A stretch of DNA of 64,000 bases from the human T2T-CHM13v2.0 reference genome, Homo sapiens: the NCBI RefSeq assembly GCF_009914755.1, contig NC_060929.1, one strand, 5' to 3'. Shown piece by piece: positions 41,994 to 53,260 of this stretch (its first letter is position 1; every line of letters starts with the position of its first letter). A program made the position numbers and the translations under genes. The notes below the pieces were generated by a model, which had not been told where the DNA came from, searched no databases, and saw only the letters and a list, made by a program, of their open reading frames with translations.

Positions 41994-42431
41994 GTGGGTA
42001 AAATCTAGTTTAATTTTGAGAGAAAAAAATATTAACCAGCAGAAAGTAATTTTTAAAAATTATTATGCAACTCTTGTGAATTTCTCTAAAAATCTCTAAA
42101 TCTGCCTTAACTGTATAACTGAGCTGTATAACCTCCTTTTTGCAACTTCCAATTTGTTGCTTTCTTTGTCAGTTTTCTCAATATGGTCAAACCATGTTGG
42201 TGGCCTTTCACATCCCATCATTTATTCAAAGACAGTATTTCAGACAGCTCTTCTATTATCACATTTATTCTGATTTTTATGGGATGCATTTGCTAATAGT
42301 ATTTTTTTGTTTATTTCAAAGTTTGGTGCTCTTGTCATAAAGTAGAAGTTATTAATTAAAGGTGAACTGTTTTTATCCGATGATTAAAGGTGAACTGTTT
42401 TTATCCAGTGATTATTTGTGTATGTGGGTGG

Positions 42432-42433
<2 letters not shown>

Positions 42434-42471
<38 letters not shown>
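42434..42471. repeat. (GT)n microsatellite
   Basis: Direct reading. Confidence 0.95.
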
Positions 42472-42472
<1 letters not shown>

Positions 42473-42543
42473 TATTTCACTGTCTGTCTTCATCCTCTCT
42501 ACCCAGAGTGTACCAAGCTTCACATTATTAAAGCATGGGGTTC

Positions 42544-42688
42544 TGTGATATATCAATAGAATTAAGGTCAAAAATCCTCTGATCAGTTGAATGGATGCTG
42601 AAAAAGCATTTGATAAAATTCAACATCCCTTCATGATTAAACCCTCAAAAAAGGGGTAAAGGAGGAACATACCTCAACACAGTCAAAC
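42544..42688 (+). mobile_element. Internal L1 ORF2 (reverse transcriptase) fragment
   Basis: gatgctgaaaaagcatttgataaaattcaacatcccttcatgatt translates as DAEKAFDKIQHPFMI, the L1 RT motif. Confidence 0.85.
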
Positions 42689-42747
42689 ATGTAGTTCTGG
42701 ATTTTATTGGTAATATTAATGATTCATTGTGTTTGTCTTTTTGGTAG

Positions 42748-42851
42748 GCTTTCTACCCTGTGGGGCATCCAGTTGATGTAAGTTTTGGTGACCTACTGGC
42801 TGCAAGATGTGTATTCACTGGTGAAGGAAGGACAGAAGCCACACACATTGG
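42748..42851 (+). CDS. PAM: PAM exon ~12 (104 nt): AFYPVGHPVDVSFGDLLAARCVFTGEGRTEATHI(G)
   Basis: Acceptor tctttttggtag|GC, donor TGG|gtatga; phase 0 to 2. Confidence 0.96.
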
Positions 42852-45761
42852 GTATGATTCTATACATTCCACTATTTAAAGATATTTTATTGGGATAAGG
42901 CATGATTACAGGTGACAGCTATCTTTGTGAATAAATTGTACATTTTTTGTCCTGTCATGGACAATTACAACAAACTGTGGCATTTTATCATTTCAAAGCT
43001 GATTGATTCAGATAAACCCCAGAACATGTGCTCATTTTTTTGTGCTACTCTTTTTCTTACTTCCTCAAAACCTTCGGTATCATACCTCTAAATATTACAG
43101 TTATCAAAGACTTCATATTACTTTCTGAGGCTCATCTTAATAAAGAAAATATAATGATAATGAAAATTTTTTTTCTCAAGTGCCTTTTTGCCCTGTGTTC
43201 ACGGGGTCTACATTTGGTGATTCCTATTAAATACTCAGAACCATGATGTTAAAACTCTCGTGAATTTAATAATTTCCAGTTGTTTAGTCTACTAAATAAG
43301 GATAATAATATGCAACACTTTATCAAAAAAGAATGTTGAGCCTTTTAAATAATTTTTTAAATACTGAGCCTCCTTGAAATAATTATATTCTATAACACTA
43401 CATAAAATTTTCAAAGCACTATGAACTCTTTCAAAAAAAACTTACCTAAATGAAAAATGAAAGGTAGTTTCTTTTCATGCTTTTTGATAGAAAAGAATCA
43501 AGGAGACTTCTTTTTATGTTAAACAACTTTTAAATATTTACTGATGCCATCTGGAAGCTAGAGTTTTAAACCATTTATGTCGTAATCAAAGAGAAGTTAC
43601 AGAAAGTAAGCATCTGAAAATATGCTTTAGATGCCCTAAAGATGATTCTTGCGATAGCAACACTAACTGTTGGCTGTATGGAGAAAGGGAAAAGGTACTA
43701 AGGCAGGTTTAAAAAGGAAAGCAGGAGCATTTGATATAGTGTAAAAGAATTTTTATGTCACTCTAAATGGCTTTTTTATATAAGTAAGCATAAACTTTAA
43801 GGCTAAGGATAAAACAAATAAAACTTTATCAATTTCTGTTACAGAAATAGTTTCCAACAGCTTTGCTTTTGGATAAATTTGCTAAATTTGGCAAAGAGAC
43901 TTCAGGAAAGCAATATTATTATTGAGTTATGGGAAACGATGATGGTAAGAAAAAGACTGACAAAGGAGGCATAACTAGATTTGAAAGAAAGAGCATAACG
44001 AGTCCCTTCTTAACAATCTTTACATGAGGTAACATGATTCAGAGGGTATCCATCAGTTGTTCATTTTATGTCAGTGCAGAGCCATAGGTAGTTTACTTAA
44101 ATGCCCCAGGTTATGTTATTAACCTTTGTAGTAAGTAAATAGAGCAGTAAAAAAATCCCTTTCAACACATTACCTGCATTGACTTACAAGTTTTAAGTGT
44201 GGAAAAAAACAGAATTTTTTGCCTAGAGGGCTCTTTACAGTTTGCGGCGGGGAGGTTTGTTACTTTGGCCAAATTCTATCCTTTTGAGTTCTGTCTGTGA
44301 GGTAATATCTGCCATAGAAATTAATGACTTGTTATAGTACTAGGATGGGAGGCCAAAGTGATCTCTGGAGGCCTCTATCAGTTCCATGAGTCTAGAATAA
44401 TTCTTGTCTTTTTTAAAATGTGCATTTTGCTTTAAAATAATACCCTAAAATGACTACACTAATTTATCCTTTCACAAATCTCATGTGGGCTAAAGGAAAC
44501 ACCATTTTGTAATAAAAATGAAATAGAAAGGAATTATAGGAAATTAACTTATTGGGTGAGTCCATATTCTGAATATTTAATTTCTACTACAGAGGCAATT
44601 TTTTTACCAGTGGAATGACAAACAAGTAAGACAAGTTTTAATACATTTAAGTATGAATAAAAGTTTTCATAATAATGGATAATGTTCTCATAGCAGTTAA
44701 TATGCTTTTTATTTTTAGACAAATAACAACAGCAATGTGTCTCTGTTTTATAAAATAATAGGCAAAACCTCCATAGATGATTACAGGATCACAGTTGAGA
44801 ATGTGACCAGTGAAATAAACTAGTAATTTATGATGTCGGTTAAATTAAATGATACTCTGTAAATCCATATATCTCCTCTCCCTCTTCTCTTTTCCCATCT
44901 ACCTCCAACCCACACATACAAACACACATTCCCACAGGACACAGATTTGAGCCCCGAGCGTGAAGCACACATAGGTATAAATCACACTTAACTAAGGATA
45001 GGCTGGGGCCAGTAGGTGCCTCCTCCATGTACTGCGAGAACTCTCAGCTTCAAGTTTTAAACCTTTCTGTTCTATGGTTACATAGAAACTAGGTTTTACA
45101 GAAAAACCGTTGACAGTAGCCTACTAGGAAGATTTACAGTTGAGTGATTCTTCTACCAAAATCAAGCTTAACTGTATTAAGCTAGAAATTTTGGAACTGG
45201 AGAAAACTTTGCTTGGGTAGAACAATCATGGGTAACTAATGAACAGCACTTAAAAGTAGAGGCTGATTTTCCCATAACAGGGATTCATCTTAAAATACCA
45301 CGATGTAAAAACAGGAGATGGATTTAACCACCTGAGTGTCCATAAATGGATGAATGCATAAAGAAATGTGTTTTACATACACATGATGGAATACTATTTA
45401 GCCTTTACAAGGAGGGGGGGGAATCCTGTCATTTGTGACAAGGTGGATGAATCTGAAGGATGTATTAAGTGAAATAAGCCAGGCACAGATATATTAATAC
45501 AAATACCACATGATCTCACTTATATGTGGAGTCTAAAAAAGTTGAACTCATAGAAATAGAGAATAGAATGATGGTTACTGAAGGGTGGGAAAGGAGGTAA
45601 TAGGAATTGTTGATCAGAGGACATAAAGTTTCAGATAGACAGGAGGAATAGATTTTGAGATCTATTGCACAGAAGAATGACTATAGTCAATATAATGCAC
45701 TATATATTTCAAAATAATTAAGAGAGGAATGTCAAATATTTCATGATTAAAAAAATGATAG

Positions 45762-46088
<327 letters not shown>

Positions 46089-46186
46089 GATAGGTAAGCA
46101 AAGTGATGGATTTGTTAGTTTGATTTAATAGTACCACACTGTATCCATATATTAAAAAATCACATTGTACCTTATATTACAAAATT

Positions 46187-46430
46187 ATTTTTTATTTCAA
46201 TAGTTTTTGGGGAACAGGTGGTTTTTTGTTACATGGATAAGTTCTTTAGGGATTTCTGTGATTTTAGTGCACCTGTCACCCAAGCAATGTACACTGTACC
46301 CAATATGTAGTTTTTTTTATCCTTAACCCCCTCCCACTCTTCCCTCCTGAGTCCCCAAAGTCCATTTTATCATTCTTATGCCTTTGCCTCCGTGTGGCTT
46401 AGCTCATATTTATAAATGAGAACATATGAT
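46187..46430 (-). mobile_element. L1PB-like 3' end, antisense
   Basis: ttttatttcaatagtttttggggaacaggtgg...ccccaaagtcca...cattcttatgcctttgc...tgagaacat. Confidence 0.85.
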
Positions 46431-49400
46431 TAAGTGCTTACCATTATTTGTCAATCAAAAGTAATATTAATAATAAAAACTACTTTAAAAGTAGGTATAT
46501 TTAATATGAGATATATTAATAAATATACTTAATGGTAAAATGTTTTACCCATATATTATATTTATTTTTAAATAGTAAATATGAATAATATAGCCTAAAT
46601 AAAGTTGCACCAAAGTATTATATATACTGACAACATAGTACTACTAATTGTTCTATGAAGAAGCAATATTTTGTGCTTGACTGCATTACATATTTTATAT
46701 TCAGGATGATACTTCTCTAAATTCGTTTCAAATGTTTAGTCAAGTTTAAATAAAAACAGAATTTAATTAAGTCAGCCAATTAAGCTCATTAAGTCAGCTA
46801 ATCAGGCTAAAAGTTTATATGCTAAAATTTAATATTAATTATTGGGACTAGGTAGACAATATTTACCAATTTGGTCAGTTTTGTTGGTCATACCTTTCAT
46901 TTGGAATGGGTCATTTCATTAAAATATGAATGTTCATGGATACCAACATAGCACTTTAATCTGCATTTTTAAATATATTACATGCAAAGATAAAGTTACA
47001 TGATAAATAACTTCTTAATGTATACATTTAAAGGCACCACGAAACTTTTTAAGAAATGATTAACAGTTTTGTAAAATGACTTCTTTGAAGTTTTTATATT
47101 TCTTTCTAAAATTACTATTACCGATTTTGCCTATTTTCAAGCCTAACATTTGTTGAATATAAACGGGGTAGAGGTGAAGAATTCTTGAGCTAGTGGAGTG
47201 TTTGCGGTATAGACATGGAATACAATGATATTTGGAATTTTTTAAGTCATACATTTCAGATTACTTGGTGCTTTATTAAATCTGTATTACATATCTTTCT
47301 AATATAATATATTTTAATAAAAGCTCTCATGGAACCTAGGTAAATAGATTAGACAGATGGATAAACAGATATGGATATAAATAAATATTTTCAGAAATCC
47401 CACAGATCAATTGAGTACAAAAATTTGATCTGACTCATTATTCAGTAGTATAATATACTAGGGCAAACATACTATGTCATATGAAGTTGTAAACATTTAT
47501 TAAGCAGGATTATTAATTCTTCCTTCATTCAACACATATTTATCAAGGGCTTCCAATTTTCAGGCTCACACATTATGTCAGACCTAAAGCTATTTATATT
47601 AAGTATGCCAGTATAAAACAGGAAGTTATCACATAAGCACTTTATTATTCAAGAAGATGAAATAAATGCACTACTGTAATTTTGGAATGTAAGTAATGCC
47701 AGCAGTCATCATTTTAAGGAATCACACTGGCATTGGAGAATGTTTAAAGGGCCATTCAGTGGACATAATCTCCCTTCCTACTTTCTCATGTTCATAAATC
47801 ACTCAGATTAGCAGAGTTGAATTGCATATGTTGATCTCTGTGGAAATTAAGGGTACATGTGTCAAAATACTCCCTTAGGAATACAGAAAGCAATTTGTTT
47901 TAAAATGAGATTTTTTGTTTTTGAATGAAAGGTGAATGATTGTAAAATAAAATAAGCAAACTGTGATGCTGATACTAAGGATGATTTGACTCCTGACATT
48001 TTTAGCATATGATAGTTTCTCTGTCACATAGGAGCTCAGAGTTACCTTGACTACAAGTCTAATTATAGATGGAAAGGAATAAAGTATGACTCTTTTTGTT
48101 CAGCTCTTTTAATGAAATTTTCCTTGTGATAGCAAAGATTCCTAAATTATTTGATAAAATTCAATTTTGAATCATAGAATTGGTACCCCAAATGAACTGT
48201 ATTGGTGAGCTGATTAATATGTCTCAGAAAATCACGTGTGTAAAGGCAAACACATTTATATGTGTATCAAATTAACACATAATGTATGTGTAATTGAATT
48301 AGTGTATTGTGTGTGTATGTATATGTGCATGTGTGTACACACATACATATATGTATACTCTTACACATATATGCATAATTTTTCTCAAAAGTTAATTCAG
48401 TACATGGTAAGATAATTCACTTTTGAGGAAATAACCTGCGACCTTAGCTTATGTTTTTATTTTTATTTTCTCAAATATGCTATTTAAAATAATAAAGTGT
48501 GATCATAAGTTGTAGAGGACAAAGAGTTACATTATTTAGAAAGTTACTGATTTTCCTTTATTTGCTATACTTAAGTACATGTGTTTTTCAAACATGTAAC
48601 CTTGTACCTTGGTACACACTATTTCTAATATAGTAATTGCTGCCTTTGTCTCCAATATTAGTATATAATTATTCTAAACTTATGCCACCTTTTTATTTCA
48701 TATTCTTCTCCATAATTACGATCTATAATTTTCTTTTGTTTTTTGTTACTTACTGCTTTTTGGTGATAATAATGAATTTAATTTAGTAAGAGTAAATTAT
48801 TGTCCTGATTTAGCCGACATTGCACAATTTAATTCCTTGTTCTCAGATTAATTACCTTTCACTTGTTTGAAATGAAATTTTTACTTTTAGTACAATTTTT
48901 TTTCAAATGTATGTTAAAAACAAATCCTTCCAAATATACATGTAACACCAAAATTATCTTTGAGGAAATATATATTAACAAGATATTTTATATTAGTTAT
49001 TTTGAAGCTTTGCAGTATTAGTTGCTTCTTAAATCTCTAATGGATTTTTCTGAAAGCTTGAACTATGTGTTTATCTGAATGGATGGACAGATGGACAGAT
49101 AGAAGGATATAGATAGAATATACATAGATATTTACCTGTCTTTATACAGATAAGACATGTTATGAAACATTTCTAGCTACACATCTGTATGCATATCTAT
49201 GTATATTCATTTGAATAGCTTTATATAGCTTTACTACATGCACACTACTCTATTGAAGAAATCCTTTTGATTGGTCATTCTTAAACAATACTAGCATTTT
49301 GTTTCTACCTACGTAAGAGCAAGTCTTACAGTACAGCTTTTCTTAAATTATGCCCTGGAACACACAGCAACACAAAGGAGCCCGGTCAGATTCATTTAGG

Positions 49401-49531
49401 GAATAGAACCTACTGTATCCACGCCCCCCACCCCACCATACAGTCATGAGCACATTGTGTATTAAAGGATCAGGCAGTACAACATTGTTTAACTTGTATA
49501 GCCCAACATTTTCATTTGTTCATATGGTAAG

Positions 49532-49856
49532 ATTTTTGTTTGTTTGCTTTTTTTTTTCTTTTCTTTTCTTTTTTTTGAGACGGAGTCTCAGTCTGTCACC
49601 TAGGCTGGAGTGCAGTGGCGTGAGATCTCAGCTCACTGCAACCTCTGCCCCTGTGTTCAAGCAATTCTCCTGCCTCAGCCTCTTGAGTAGTTGGGATTAC
49701 AGGCACCTGCCACTGCGCCCAGCTAATTTTTGCATTTTTAGTAGAGACGAGGTTTCACCATCTTGGCCAGGCTGGTCTTGAACTCCTGACCTCATGATCC
49801 ACCCACCTCAGCCTCCCAAAGTGCTGGGATTACAGGCGTGAGCCATCGTGCCCGGC
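49532..49856 (-). mobile_element. AluS, antisense
   Basis: Full Alu body; TSD catatggtaag at 49521 and 49861. Confidence 0.94.
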
Positions 49857-51904
49857 AGGCCATATGGTAAGTTTTTCTCAACTCTTCTGTAAGCATTTCA
49901 AGGACCAAAGTTTTGTGGTAATAATTGTGGAAATACTACTCTAGTAGGAAGAGTAAAAAAAGTTCTAGAATTCCCTCTCTAAGTATTTTATAAAAACATA
50001 TAATAGCTCACAGAATAAACAATTTCCATTTATGCAACAGAGAACACACTGGCCCAAGGGACCAACAATATTTAGACCAGCAGTGATAGTTACTTCATTG
50101 TGTGTAGCTTTTTAGTAAGGAAAAAAATCAGGATACTGGCTTCTTACATATGCTGTTGTGGGTGGGTATACCTTCTCCTGTGAAAACATGGGTATTGGCA
50201 TTCCCAAAAAGAGAAAATATGGAAGGACCCATCCATTGATGAGTTGCAAGTTTCATGAATTATTATATGAATTTAAAATGTTTTTCCTTTCATTAATTTG
50301 AGATGCTTAAATGATTATTTTGCCTTTCCTCTCTGCAAGATGATTAAAGGTTTTTAAAGCTAGAGCCACATCTAAAATTCCTTTTTCCTTTTTGCTCAGT
50401 TGATCTACATATACCTCCTTTTTTTTAAAGCAGGAAAGAGAAGGATAATATGGCGGGAGGCTCCAGTTTATTATTTTTGCAACAGCCATTCCTTTTATAG
50501 CACATACTGACCAACTCCAAGGCTGTTAAAATGTAATTCTTAGGAATGGTGTTTTGACACCATGAAGACATGTGTAGTGAACAGATGTTTGTTTGGCTTT
50601 GCACTTCACTATTTGCTTATATTTCACGGGAGAGGCAATTACACTGACAGGTATCAGATTCAGAGAGTAAGAAGCCAAATGATTTCTAAAGCATAAACAG
50701 AGCTTCCCATGGCAGGGGCTTATTCCTGTGGTCTCTCAAGGGCTCTATATTTTCAAAGCTTAGAGAAATCAAATCCCTGTTTGAAAAATATTTTTATTTT
50801 TTTCCTTCCCTTGCTGATGTCATACTGTTGCTATGGAGAGAAAGTGAGTGCTGCATGACATTGCTGGAAAAATCAACACTGATGTATTTCTGTACAGCAA
50901 ATAACCTACCTCATAGCTTTTTTTTATTAGTGTAGGCTTGCTAAAAATTGTCAATACTAATACTAAAATGGACATGTTCCTTTGCCCAAACAACTTTGCT
51001 ATGTAAAAGTCTTGTGAAGGTGTACTTAAATGGTTCCTTCCTAATAATGCTAAAGAGAATGAAATATATAATAACCCATGTGAAGTAAGGAAGCAGAATA
51101 CATATTTTGTAAACTATTAGATATTTTTTCTATCATTGGGAACTTTTTTCTTGGAAATATCCACTGTTTTAAAATCTATTTTTAACATTGAGTCATTCAA
51201 CTGTACAGCACTACTTCCGTCACATCTCAACCCTTAAAAAAGATTAGTGCTGATTTCATTTTGAGTCATTCCTGAGGCATTCTTTTCAACCCTGCTATAA
51301 AAGCCTAGTTGCCAAGTCAGACATCAGGGATACACTTTGAATGTCTTAGTGGGGACACATGATTCTAGATTCATCTGGCTGTAAGGAAGGAGGCAATTAA
51401 CCAAAAACAAGGTCCAGGACTTTTGATGTTAAGAGGAAAAGCCATTTTTAAAGACTTATAATAAATAATATATGATAATTATATTGAAGGTTTCTGATTT
51501 TTACCATTGTTAAGGAAATAATAAAGATTTTCCACGAGAACAATAACTTTTCCCAGTCTATGAGTTTTAGCAAATAGGAGGGGACTAAAGAATAAAAAGA
51601 TTCAAGAGAGAAAAGAAAGTACCATATTCCCTCATCTACTAAAATGCCATTTTCATCAGTGGTATTTAGTAGTGTTCATGGTGTGCCTGCAAACTGACAC
51701 TCCATTGTTAAGTGGAAATATGCCTTTGACAATGTGCTTTTGATGTTGAAAACTGTGATGGGTTTTAATGAAAGCTATAAAATAAATGCACAATATTTCT
51801 ACCTTTGAATCCATTGCTGGCAGATCTAATGGCTTCATTTTTCTTGCATTAAGCATGTGTTTTATGTGAATAGTTGATTTGTTATATCTTTTTTTTGCCT
51901 GCAG

Positions 51905-52089
51905 TGGCACGTCTAGTGATGAAATGTGCAACTTATACATTATGTATTACATGGAAGCCAAGCATGCAGTTTCTTTCATGACCTGTACCCAGAATGTAGC
52001 TCCAGATATGTTCAGAACCATACCACCAGAGGCCAACATTCCAATTCCCGTGAAGTCTGATATGGTTATGATGCATGAACATCATAAAG
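51905..52089 (+). CDS. PAM: PAM exon ~13 (185 nt): (G)GTSSDEMCNLYIMYY...VKSDMVMMHEHHK(E); CuM Met ligand (DEMC), end of the PHM core, His-rich linker
   Basis: Acceptor tttttgcctgcag|T, donor AAG|gtaata; phase 2 to 1; visible in ORF 51879..52100. Confidence 0.98.
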
Positions 52090-53188
52090 GTAATAATTGA
52101 TGTTTAATATAAAGTAATATATGATTTTGTATTTTATATTTTTGTATGTATCTTGTTTGATGATATTTAAAATCATCTTTATTCCCTTCTTCTACCAGTC
52201 ACATGTACACACATATTTCTTATTTTCTCATTTTTCTCTTTCATATCCTATCTCCCCTCCCTGACATGTACCCATCAGAACAGTTAAAGAGGAAAATCTC
52301 AGCCAGGGATGAAACAGATTCATTTTGGGACCAATCCCATAAATGTAGACCTTTTTTCACTTAATTCATGTTTTCTCATTTCCTCATCTAACTCCTTCCC
52401 TAACCAGTAATGACTTACACAGTTTATGAATTTATGCACCATGTTCTAAAGATCACTACAGTTTGCCAGGGAAAATGGTTATCATCTCCAGCCATACTTT
52501 AAATTATCCATTTAATGGGCTTCTTCAGGCAAAGAACAATTATTGATTTGTGAAGCATTGCTAGTCTTGACTTTTTTTATCTAATTCTCAGAATTGTTAT
52601 TTAACATATATATAGTTCCTCTGCAAAATGGTCATATTGACTGTCACTTTTTAACTTAAAATTGCAAAGTCTACTCCTTGTTTTATCGCATGAAGTATGC
52701 TGAGACTTGATTGAGTTTTGCAAGTTCAGTCTTAACACGCTAGAGCAGCTTCTTATTTCTTTCTAGTGGAAATTTTATGAGAGAAGTTAGCATAGCATTC
52801 TGGCCATTTATTAAGATTCTACTATATTTATAGAATATGCCTTAAAGTGTTCTTAAATGTTCTTAAAACAGTGCTAAATTTAATTTAAGAAAACAAATAT
52901 GAGTCATTTTGTCAATGCATTTTTGAAAATTCTGTATCATTTATATATTATTGAAAGGGTAGTTGACCTAGTTATTAAGTCAGATGTCTTGTAATTGGTA
53001 GGTTGTGCTGGGGGGTGGGGGGTGGGGAGCTTATGAATTAGAGCATTTCTGTCTTATAAATTCTTAATACGGTAATAAGCACAAGACCCTGAATAGTATT
53101 TTTATGTTGATGGACTATTTCCAATAAACTATTTTAAGTATGTAATACATACTGCAAATTTATGCTCAGCTTCTTTGATCCTTTACAG

Positions 53189-53260
53189 AAACAGAATATA
53201 AAGATAAGATTCCTTTACTACAGCAGCCAAAACGAGAAGAAGAAGAAGTGTTAGACCAGG
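53189..53260 (+). CDS. PAM: PAM exon ~14 (72 nt): (E)TEYKDKIPLLQQPKREEEEVLDQ(G); linker preceding the optional exon A, which I did not find in this window
   Basis: Acceptor atcctttacag|AA, donor AGG|gtatgt; phase 1 to 1. Confidence 0.95.
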
